Part shown: positions 1 to 7,912 of the stretch, in pieces
Layout: the number at the start of each line of letters is the position of its first letter
Position numbering within the stretch: the stretch's first letter is position 1
NCBI RefSeq assembly: GCF_028285745.1
Contig: NZ_JANQOP010000103.1
Coordinates: 1-24,000, forward strand
Direction: 5' to 3'
DNA from: Acaryochloris sp. IP29b_bin.137
GTDB lineage: Bacteria > Cyanobacteriota > Cyanobacteriia > Thermosynechococcales > Thermosynechococcaceae
DNA length: 24,000 bases
The notes under the pieces: generated by a model
The model's input: the letters and a program-made list of their open reading frames with translations, nothing else
Databases searched by the model: none
Told to the model about the DNA's origin: nothing
Program-made: the position numbers and the translations under genes

Positions 1-619
1 CGACTGCTATGGTCATGGAAATAAACCCTCTTGATCTAACTTAAAAATTGCAAGGCCGCAAAATTTTCTTTCGAACCTTGTGAGGTTTCTCAGAAACCGG
101 ACTAAGGAATCGAGAGTTTGGGTTCTGGGAATTAATAGTGTAAATCGCCCTAGAACCTCAACCTACACCTCTTCATAACCAAATGTTATAGAGATCATTC
201 ACTAAATGTAACAGAGTTTCGTCAGAAAATGTAGCGGCTACAAAGGCACATACACAGAGGTTTAGCCAACTTGCAGGGGGTATGCTGCACAAAACTTTAT
301 CTACCTCAACCATCGGTTTTTTGGGGCTTGGCTACCCAAATGGCTATTCTTTATCCTGGCTTTAAGAGAAGTAAAGTTATATAGGACTATCTAAATAAAA
401 CTTCACATATGAGTTGAGAACTATATTAATCCCATCAAATTTGTGTCTAGCGTTGGTTAGTATCTGAAATATGGCTGCTGATAGATTTGCATGCGGAGAC
501 GATAAGGAAGTACTGCTTGGCAGTCCATCGTAGACTCATCCATTGTTTAGCTGAGCAGCTTATACTCATATATCAGTGCTCATCATTAGCTAAGGAATCA
601 CAAGAGCTCACCTGACACC

Positions 620-1183
620 ATGACCACACAGAAACTATTAGATAAGCAGACATTGCGTTACGAGGTTCTTGGGACTCGTCGATTAAGTAACTATATGATC
701 GCGACGATGGTCTCCATCGGAGGGGTCGGTTTCTTCTTAGCTGGTCTTTCCAGTTATTTCAAAATCGATCTTCTGCCAACAGGTAATGCAGTCGATCTGA
801 TTTTCATCCCTCAGGGCATCGCACTCACATTCTATGGGACTTGTGGTTTACTTTTAGCAACTTATCTATGGTTAACCATAAGTTGGAATGTCGGTTCCGG
901 ATTTAATGAATTTAGCCAAGATTCTGGGAAATTTCGACTATTCCGTTGGGGACGCCCGGGCAAGAACCGCAAAATTGAACAAATGTATCCTTTGGAGAAT
1001 ATCCAGTCTGTTCAGGTCAAAATTCGTGAGGGACTCAATCCTCAACGGACCATATATCTGAGGATCAAGGGCCGCAACGATATCCCCTTAACCCGAGCAG
1101 GTCAGCCCATGGCGCTAGATAAGATCGAGAATCAAGCAGCTGAAATTGCTCGTTTCTTGGGCGTTCCCATGGAAGGGTTGTAA
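620..1183 (+). CDS. ycf4: Photosystem I assembly protein Ycf4
   Basis: 187-aa ORF with ATG at 620. The N-terminal 'LRYEVLGTRRLSNY' is followed by two hydrophobic helices (MIATMVSIGGVGFFLAGL, GIALTFYGTCGLLLATYLWL) and a soluble C-terminal half. Size and layout are typical of cyanobacterial/plastid Ycf4. Confidence 0.92.
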   Translation: MTTQKLLDKQTLRYEVLGTRRLSNYMIATMVSIGGVGFFLAGLSSYFKIDLLPTGNAVDLIFIPQGIALTFYGTCGLLLATYLWLTISWNVGSGFNEFSQDSGKFRLFRWGRPGKNRKIEQMYPLENIQSVQVKIREGLNPQRTIYLRIKGRNDIPLTRAGQPMALDKIENQAAEIARFLGVPMEGL

Positions 1184-1211
1184 AACCATAACTCTAATTT
1201 ATTGTCTCTAT

Positions 1212-2015
1212 ATGATCCATTCAACAAAATCCATCGGCTTATTCAGATCATTCTGGGTGATGGTACTCGTGTTTTTACTGGTGGCATGTAGTGCGCCTTC
1301 TAATTCTTCTGGTACATCAGATACTGGAGCATCACCCACTAGTTCTTCAGTGTCTAGTCCCAGTCAAGAGGGCAGCTCAGAACCTGATTCAGTGCCTGGT
1401 TCAGAGTCTACTTCCCCCTTTGCTCAACTTCCTCAGTTGCAGGGGAATGCCACTGTGGTGCTTAAAGTTAATGGAAAAACCATTACCTTGGCAATTGACG
1501 GTAATAATGCTCCTATCACAGCCGGTAACTTTATCGATTTAGTTGATAAAGAAGTGTATAACGGCACGGCTTTTCATCGGGTTGTGCGGTCACCCTCTCC
1601 CTTTGTTGTTCAAGGGGGAGACCCTCAAAGTAAGGATCCCAATTTCCCTGTTCAACGACTGGGGACAGGAAGCTACATTGATCCTGAAACGAAGGAACCC
1701 AGATATGTGCCGTTAGAGATTCTGCCGGAAGGGGCTGAGCAGGCGACATACAGCAAAACCCTTCAGTCTGCTGGTGTGAATCAACTACCGAAGTTAAAAC
1801 ACACAAAAGGGGCGGTGGCGATGGCCCGCTCTCAATTACCTGACTCTGCTTCTGCGCAGTTCTATTTCACCCTTGAGAATATTGATTTCCTAGATGGAAA
1901 CTATGCTGTCTTTGGCTACGTGACTGAAGGGATGGATGTGGTTGATCAGATTCAACAAGGCGATCGCATTGAGTCGGCAAAAGTCACCGCAGGCATTGAG
2001 AATCTGAAGCGATAG
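1212..2015 (+). CDS. Cyclophilin-type peptidyl-prolyl cis-trans isomerase, predicted exported lipoprotein
   Basis: Cyclophilin core motifs are present (APITAGNFIDLV, YNGTAFHRVV, FVVQGGDP, GAVAMAR, SQFYFTL, YAVFGYV). I prefer the ATG at 1212 over the TTG at 1146, which would overlap ycf4. It gives a signal peptide ending in the lipobox L-V-A-C, followed by a Ser-rich linker. Confidence 0.88.
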   Translation: MIHSTKSIGLFRSFWVMVLVFLLVACSAPSNSSGTSDTGASPTSSSVSSPSQEGSSEPDSVPGSESTSPFAQLPQLQGNATVVLKVNGKTITLAIDGNNAPITAGNFIDLVDKEVYNGTAFHRVVRSPSPFVVQGGDPQSKDPNFPVQRLGTGSYIDPETKEPRYVPLEILPEGAEQATYSKTLQSAGVNQLPKLKHTKGAVAMARSQLPDSASAQFYFTLENIDFLDGNYAVFGYVTEGMDVVDQIQQGDRIESAKVTAGIENLKR

Positions 2016-2209
2016 TTGGATAGTGGCTGGTCACAAGGGATATCCATATTCGATGGGCAAACACTTGTGATATGCCCCTGTTGTTGAGTTTGCTGATGGG
2101 ATTTCATAATCACTTGCTGATCTGTATATTTCAGAATGGATTTAGCTGCCAACCATCATGATGGCAAGGTGGACAGCAGCTTTGGTTTGAGAGGTCTTTA
2201 TAATCTCGT

Positions 2210-3376
2210 ATGGTGCCAAGGGTTGTTGTTACAGGAATAGGGGTAGTTTCAGCCCTAGCCCCTAGTCTGGACAAGACCTGGCATCGGCTTCTAAGGGGTG
2301 AATCGGGAATCAAGAAGTACCATCCTTTTCCAGAGATTCCTGCCCAACCTTTAGCATTAGTCGATTCTCGGCCTAGTCATCTTGAGGACTTATTAAAACC
2401 TGCTCTGACAGAGGCTTTATCCGATGCGGGTCTCTCGTCACCGCTTCCAGATTGCGGGATAGCCATTGGTTCTAGTCGTGGCTCTCAATTTCAATGGGAA
2501 GAAGGAGCATCTGTTTATCATGCTTCCGCCAATGTCGTGAGATCGCTACTATCGACGCCAGCGTATCTTGCCCAAATTTATAGCGTGTCTCCTGCCTCAA
2601 TAGTGGCTCAATTCGTAGAAGCTCAAGGTCCTGTTTTGGCTCCTCGTGCTGCCTGTGCCACGGGAATTTGGGCCATTGCTCAGGGCGCAGACCTCATCCG
2701 AGCGGGATACTGTTCACGAGTCATCGTTGGTGCCGTTGAAGCCCCGATAACGCCATTGACCCTAGCAGGCTTCAATAAAATGGGTGCTATGGCCCATTCA
2801 GGAGCCTACCCCTTTGATCAGAACCGGGAAGGGTTTGTTTTAGGAGAAGGAGCCGCAATTTTAGTTTTAGAAGACGAGACTTTAGCGAAAAAAAGACATG
2901 CCAACGTATATGGTCAAATCTTAGGGACAGGGTTAACCGTCGATGCCTACCATATGACTGCCCCCGAGACTAGCAGAAAGGCGGCAATCACTGCGATTAG
3001 GAGCTGTCTTCAACGTAGCGATCTGGAGACATCTGATATTGGCTATATCCATGCCCATGGCACGGCCACTCAACTCAATGATCGAGCAGAGGCGTTCGTC
3101 ATTAAAGAATTATTTCCATCTTCGGTGGCCGTTAGCTCTACCAAGGGAGCCACCGGACATACCCTCGGTGCATCGGCTGCATTGGGATGTGTATTTTGTT
3201 TGATGGCCCTTTCCCAGAGAGTGCTCCCTCCTTGTGTCGGACTGCAAGAGCCCGCATTCGATCTGAATTTTGTCCGCAAACCCCTTAGCCACAACCTGCA
3301 ATCCGTTTTATGTTTAAGCTCTGGCTTTGGAGGACAAAACACCGTCTTAGCTTTATCTTCAAGTGCGTCAGTTTGA
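2210..3376 (+). CDS. Beta-ketoacyl-ACP synthase, short FabF/KAS-II-like paralog
   Basis: 388-aa ORF with N-terminal 'RVVVTGIGVVS'. The Cys-His-His triad context is intact (AACATG, DAYHMTAPE, HAHGTATQLND), as is the C-terminal GHTLGASAALG and 'SSGFGGQNTVLAL'. Confidence 0.9.
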   Translation: MVPRVVVTGIGVVSALAPSLDKTWHRLLRGESGIKKYHPFPEIPAQPLALVDSRPSHLEDLLKPALTEALSDAGLSSPLPDCGIAIGSSRGSQFQWEEGASVYHASANVVRSLLSTPAYLAQIYSVSPASIVAQFVEAQGPVLAPRAACATGIWAIAQGADLIRAGYCSRVIVGAVEAPITPLTLAGFNKMGAMAHSGAYPFDQNREGFVLGEGAAILVLEDETLAKKRHANVYGQILGTGLTVDAYHMTAPETSRKAAITAIRSCLQRSDLETSDIGYIHAHGTATQLNDRAEAFVIKELFPSSVAVSSTKGATGHTLGASAALGCVFCLMALSQRVLPPCVGLQEPAFDLNFVRKPLSHNLQSVLCLSSGFGGQNTVLALSSSASV

Positions 3377-3611
3377 GAAACTAAGTTGAGTGAGCCATCG
3401 GCTGATTGACTTGCTCAACTTGATTTCTACCGATTGTTGGGAGGGATGGAAGACGATAGATCCCTTTGGCAAAGAATTGGGCACACTGGATGCAAGCTAT
3501 CTTATGAAGCTGCAAGAAGTTTTTAGTTTCCAATTGCTTTCTACCCAAACTAAAACTTGCTAAGCTTCTTGTACTGAAACTGTAGTAAATATTGATTGTT
3601 TCTAAAAAGAC

Positions 3612-4694
3612 ATGGTTGAAGAAGTCAGTTCAAACCCTATTCTAAGTGTCGATGAACCCCAACAATCATCCACTTCGCCTGCGTCTCAAGCCAGTATGGG
3701 GGCTGACGAACTCATGGATGAGTTATTCCATGACTTTGAAGCTGATCTGGAGAGTTCAAGCTTGGCCTTGGCAACATCGAGAGATGGGGGTGTAGGACAG
3801 GCTTTGCTAGAAACCATCAAAGGACAAGGTTTATTTCGTCATTCGTCCACAGACCATCCTAGTGATGATTTATTGGTCCCCTACACACCGTTAGAGTCAA
3901 CCTTGGCCCTTAGAGAGGATCTAGAGACTTCGCTCAGCCTCGATGTTGTCTCTTTACAAGAGCCTGCCAAAAAACCGCTAACTGGAAAACGTTTACTGAT
4001 GACTTCGGCTTGTGTCTCCTTAGTCGGTATCAGTATGTTTTGGGTGGGACGGCAACTGCGACTCCAGCATGCGCCTGTAGCCGCTGCCCCTCAATCTGAG
4101 ATCGCATCCCCTCAAGTGCCTGCCGAGACCGTGGCGTTTGCTGATTATGTCAGCCAATCCCTGGAACGAATTAATCAAGAAACTAAAGCGGCAAAACTGG
4201 CTGCTGCTCAGGCTAAAACACAGCCTAAGACAGCCACCATTTCTCCTGGTGCTGGGCTTCCCAGTTTACCCAATGTACCCAAGGTGAGTGTTGCAGGTCC
4301 AAACTCAGCTTCGGCTCCCCATAATAATGTTGAGCGAGTGTACGTTCCCGTAACCGAAGTTCCCACTCCACCAGCTCAACCGGAAGCCTTGCCTCAGCCT
4401 GCCAATACGCCAGTGATTGCTGCAGCTAAGGCCACTCCCCAAGCGGATGAGTTGCCCGTTGTTAAACCTTTGCCCTTAACCCCACCGAATGATGGCGAGC
4501 GCAAGTTCTTGGGGGGCACTAACTTGGGTGATCAGCCTGTGTTTATGGTCTCTATTAATGGCTCTACGCGCCACGTTAAGTTAGGAGAATCCATCGATGA
4601 GACCGGGGCCACCTTTGTAGAATTTGATGGGGAACAAAGTGTGCTGAAGCAGGGCAATCAATTGAGATCCGTCACGGCAGGGCAATCGTTCTAG
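3612..4694 (+). CDS. Hypothetical bitopic membrane protein: acidic N-terminus, one TM helix, Pro/Ala-rich linker, small C-terminal beta-rich domain
   Basis: 360-aa ORF filling an otherwise empty interval. It has a single hydrophobic segment (LLMTSACVSLVGISMFWVG), a long P/A/Q-rich stretch, and a C-terminal 'PVFMVSINGSTRHVKLGESIDETGATFVEFDGEQSVLKQGNQ'. I recognise no family confidently. Confidence 0.65.
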   Translation: MVEEVSSNPILSVDEPQQSSTSPASQASMGADELMDELFHDFEADLESSSLALATSRDGGVGQALLETIKGQGLFRHSSTDHPSDDLLVPYTPLESTLALREDLETSLSLDVVSLQEPAKKPLTGKRLLMTSACVSLVGISMFWVGRQLRLQHAPVAAAPQSEIASPQVPAETVAFADYVSQSLERINQETKAAKLAAAQAKTQPKTATISPGAGLPSLPNVPKVSVAGPNSASAPHNNVERVYVPVTEVPTPPAQPEALPQPANTPVIAAAKATPQADELPVVKPLPLTPPNDGERKFLGGTNLGDQPVFMVSINGSTRHVKLGESIDETGATFVEFDGEQSVLKQGNQLRSVTAGQSF

Positions 4695-4866
4695 CCCCCC
4701 ATTTGGCTCAATTTATAGATTGGAAGCTGGGTTAGACTGGTGTGTGGCCCACTTGTAAGCGCTAGGATGCATGGGGATGTCCTAACATAGGAAACAGCTT
4801 AAAGCAGTCGCCTTTCATGGTAAAGGTTGTGCTTTATCTAATCCTCGATATTCTCAATCGACATTG

Positions 4867-5808
4867 ATGGCTGAATTTTTAACGGTTGCCTTCTATAAAT
4901 TTGTTGAACTGCAAGACTATAAGGAGTTAAAAGCTCCCCTCCTGTCTTGTTGCGAAGACAATAATGTTCAAGGCACTATTCTGTTGGCGACGGAAGGAAT
5001 CAATGGTGCGATCGCAGGTCTACCCCACAATATCCAGGCAGTCTTAGATTTTCTGCGTAAGGATTCACGCTTCGCCGATTTAGCACCAAAAGAATCCTGG
5101 TCAGAGAAACGCCCCTTTTATCGGATGAAGGTCCGGCTGAAAAAAGAAATTATCAAAATGGGGGTTCCAGACATTGACCCCACTCAAACCGTTGGAGAAT
5201 ACGTAAAGCCGGAAGACTGGAACCAGTTACTCGCCGATCCAAACGTGGTAATCATTGATGTACGCAACGATTATGAGGTGGCTATAGGCACCTTCAAAGG
5301 TGCGGTTAATCCCAACACTCAAAGTTTTTCAGAGTTGCCCCAATGGCTTCAAGCACAAGCTGAATTGCAGAAAAAGCCCAAAGTGGCCATGTTTTGTACA
5401 GGCGGTATTCGCTGTGAAAAATCAACCGCCTTATTGCGACATCAAGGTTTTGAAGAGGTCTATCACCTGCAAGGAGGCATCCTCAGCTATTTAGAGAAAG
5501 TGCCAGAAAGCGAAAGTCTATGGCAGGGCGATTGTTTTGTCTTTGATGAGCGAGTGGCTGTCGGCCATGGCCTTAAACCGGGTCGATATCAGCTATGCCG
5601 AGCCTGTCGAACTCCCATTAGCCCTGAAGATATGGCCTCGGAGCACTACGTCCCGGGGCAAAGCTGTCCCCATTGCCATGGCACCCAAACGGAGACCCAA
5701 AAACAGCGATTTGCAGAGCGTCAGCGACAAATGGAACTCGCAAAGCAACGCAACCAAGTCCATATCGGGGCAAAATATGCTCGCCATCAACTCGATCCAA
5801 ACCCCTAA
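4867..5808 (+). CDS. trhO: Rhodanese-domain tRNA uridine(34) hydroxylase (TrhO/YceA, UPF0176 family)
   Basis: N-terminal 'VAFYKFVEL...GTILLATEGINGAIAG' is typical of YceA/TrhO. The rhodanese active-site loop is 'FCTGGIRCEKS', and a C-terminal CxxC...CxxC cluster is present (CRACRT...CPHCHG). ATG at 4867; a TTG one codon upstream at 4864 is also possible. Confidence 0.87.
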   Translation: MAEFLTVAFYKFVELQDYKELKAPLLSCCEDNNVQGTILLATEGINGAIAGLPHNIQAVLDFLRKDSRFADLAPKESWSEKRPFYRMKVRLKKEIIKMGVPDIDPTQTVGEYVKPEDWNQLLADPNVVIIDVRNDYEVAIGTFKGAVNPNTQSFSELPQWLQAQAELQKKPKVAMFCTGGIRCEKSTALLRHQGFEEVYHLQGGILSYLEKVPESESLWQGDCFVFDERVAVGHGLKPGRYQLCRACRTPISPEDMASEHYVPGQSCPHCHGTQTETQKQRFAERQRQMELAKQRNQVHIGAKYARHQLDPNP

Positions 5809-5813
5809 ATTGC

Positions 5814-6485
5814 ATGGCAACCTATCCCATTTTGTATTCGTTTCGTCGTTGTCCTTATGCCATGCGAGCCCGGTTAGCTTTGACAGTTAGCCGACAGGTC
5901 TGTGAACTGCGAGAAGTGGTATTGCGAGACAAGCCCCAAGAGATGCTGAACGTTTCCCCAAAAGGAACGGTCCCAGTCCTGATTAAGGTTGACGGTTCCG
6001 TCTTGGCAGAAAGCCTAGACATCATGATGTGGGCTCTCAAACAGCAGGATCCTGAACGTTGGCTCCGTTTTGATCCCGATCAAATGATGAATCTGCAAGC
6101 CCTCGTTGCAGAATGTGATGGTCCCTTTAAGCACCATCTAGACCGTTACAAGTATGCACAGCGTTACGAAAATACCAATGCAGTAGAACATCGGACTGAA
6201 GGATCCCAATTCCTTGAAAAGCTCAATCATCAACTAGGAGAAACGGCTTATCTATCTGATCAGCATAGATCTTGGGCTGATATGGCTATTGCCCCCTTTG
6301 TTCGTCAATTTGCCAACACAGACCGACAATGGTTTGATGCTCAGCCTTGGTGCCATTTGCAGGCCTGGTTAGCTGAATTTCTAGCCTCTGATATATTTCA
6401 GCAGATTATGGAAAAGTACCCACAGTGGAAATCAGGGGAATTGGGTCCTTTGTTTCCGAGCCTATCCTCACCCCATCTAGAATGA
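5814..6485 (+). CDS. Glutathione S-transferase family protein with Cys-type (Grx2/omega-like) N-terminal thioredoxin fold
   Basis: 'ILYSFRRCPYAMRARLAL...SPKGTVPVL...ESLDIMMWAL' is a GST N-terminal domain with a CPYA active-site motif, followed by a helical C-terminal domain. ATG at 5814 is preferred. The ORF-track start at 5673 would overlap trhO by 136 nt in another frame. Confidence 0.8.
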   Translation: MATYPILYSFRRCPYAMRARLALTVSRQVCELREVVLRDKPQEMLNVSPKGTVPVLIKVDGSVLAESLDIMMWALKQQDPERWLRFDPDQMMNLQALVAECDGPFKHHLDRYKYAQRYENTNAVEHRTEGSQFLEKLNHQLGETAYLSDQHRSWADMAIAPFVRQFANTDRQWFDAQPWCHLQAWLAEFLASDIFQQIMEKYPQWKSGELGPLFPSLSSPHLE

Positions 6486-6711
6486 CTTTCTAGCCTAGAC
6501 AAAGTGTCCAGCAAAGCCTAAACATCCCAAAACGACAACTTTTTGATGTCAAAATATAACTTGTCATAGCTCTATGCATTTGCTGATTGAGTCTATGGTC
6601 TGGGCCAATGCCATAGGGGGGGTTGATTAAGATAACTATCTGAAATCCAGTGATTCTAATTTAAGGGCAAGGTTTAGATATAGAATTCGATCAACTCAAC
6701 AGGTATCGAAA

Positions 6712-7788
6712 TTGACAAACTCACAAGTTACCTTCGCCAGGAACATCGGGTTTAGGAAAGAATTAAACCGACGGGTCAACGAATATTTCACCACAAACAA
6801 TATCAGACCCCGAGATAATCTAGCGATGTATTTCAAGTCGCTAGTGATTGCCACTTGGACCTTGACTGCATGGGCCATCATTCTTTTTGGTCCACCCAAC
6901 CTTGCCATCAAGATACTGGGTTGTGTTGCGCTAGGGATGGGGGTGGCTGGCTTCGGCATGAGCATTGGTCATGATGCTAATCATGGAGGTTACTCATCTA
7001 GTCCCCTTGTCAATCGGATTATTGGCAGCTGTTATGACGTGATTGGCGTCTCTAGTTTCCTATGGAAATTTCGCCACAATCAGCTCCATCATGTCTATAC
7101 GAATATTGAAGGCTATGACAACGAGATTGAGGGAGACGGTGTGGTCCGCATGTCCCCACATACGGCCCATCAACCCCACCATCGATGGCAGCATTATTGG
7201 ATTTGGTTCATCTATCCCTTTATTCCCATTTATTGGTATTTCAGGGATATTCAACGATTTATCCGCAACACCCCCTATCAAGACAATCCCCTTCCTCCCA
7301 AACAGCCCATCGATCATTTAACATTCTGGGTTGGCAGAGCCATTGGTATTTCGTTCTTTATTGGTATTCCATATTTTGTGGGCTACTCGCTATTCGAGAT
7401 AGGGACTGGTTTTGTGATTGCCTATTTGACCTATGGAGCCATCGTTTGTGAGATTTTCATGTTGGCCCATGTTCTTGAGGATGTTGAATTTCCTCAGCCT
7501 GATCCAGAATCAAACCAAGTTGAGGATGAGTGGGCTATTTTTCAACTGAAAACCACTGCCGACTTTGCGCCCCAAAATCCTTTTTTGAATTGGTATGTCG
7601 GTGGACTAAACTACCAGGCGGTTCATCATCTGTTTCCCCAGATCTGTCATATTCACTATCCCCAAATTGCCCCTATTATGGCGGAGGTCTGTCAGGAATT
7701 TGGAGTCAAGTATGTGGTTTATCCCACTTTCAGAGAAGCTATAGCTTCCAATTACAGATGGCTCAGACTGATGGCTGTGGGAGGATAA
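6712..7788 (+). CDS. desD: Acyl-lipid Delta6 (front-end) fatty-acid desaturase
   Basis: Three His boxes are present: HDANH, HNQLHH and QAVHH. Gln as the first residue of box 3 marks front-end desaturases. From memory it is colinear along its whole length with Synechocystis DesD, a ~359-aa protein (e.g. 'FMLAHVLE', 'DEWAI.Q..TTA.FA..NPF.NW..GGLN', 'ICHIHYPQ', 'YPTF..AIASNYRWL'). The apparent start is TTG. Confidence 0.87.
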   Translation: MTNSQVTFARNIGFRKELNRRVNEYFTTNNIRPRDNLAMYFKSLVIATWTLTAWAIILFGPPNLAIKILGCVALGMGVAGFGMSIGHDANHGGYSSSPLVNRIIGSCYDVIGVSSFLWKFRHNQLHHVYTNIEGYDNEIEGDGVVRMSPHTAHQPHHRWQHYWIWFIYPFIPIYWYFRDIQRFIRNTPYQDNPLPPKQPIDHLTFWVGRAIGISFFIGIPYFVGYSLFEIGTGFVIAYLTYGAIVCEIFMLAHVLEDVEFPQPDPESNQVEDEWAIFQLKTTADFAPQNPFLNWYVGGLNYQAVHHLFPQICHIHYPQIAPIMAEVCQEFGVKYVVYPTFREAIASNYRWLRLMAVGG

Positions 7789-7912
7789 CCCCAAGGTTAG
7801 TTTAAGTTAGCAAGAAAATCACATTAATCCAGTTAGGAAACCCATTCATAGCGGGTTTGAGAAATTTGTAGTCGTTGAGCCTAGGGAAAAAACACTGGTG
7901 AGGTGTGAATAT

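Noticed and set aside
1-16. Possible minus-strand gene start (ATG at 16) running off the window
   Set aside because: Only five codons are visible, so it cannot be supported.
55-90. tRNA-like 'GGTTCGAA' on the minus strand
   Set aside because: The flanking bases cannot form a T-arm: CAAGG has no complementary partner. No acceptor or anticodon stems could be drawn.
1146-1211. TTG-initiated N-terminal extension of the cyclophilin ORF
   Set aside because: It would overlap the ycf4 3' end by 38 nt. The ATG at 1212 yields a proper lipoprotein signal peptide.
3383-3421. AAGTTGAG/CTCAACTT 8-bp inverted repeat just after the KAS gene
   Set aside because: The repeat is real, but it has a 23-nt loop and no following T-run. 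It may be a structured 3' end, but I cannot call it an intrinsic terminator.
5537-5890. 117-aa plus-strand ORF, and the 5673 start of the GST ORF
   Set aside because: Both are alternative frames inside trhO. The GST homology only begins at the ATG at 5814, immediately after the trhO stop.
7838-7858. AAACCC/GGGTTT hairpin in the convergent desD / ATPase gap
   Set aside because: It has a 6-bp stem with a 9-nt loop and no T-tract on either strand. That is too weak to call a terminator.
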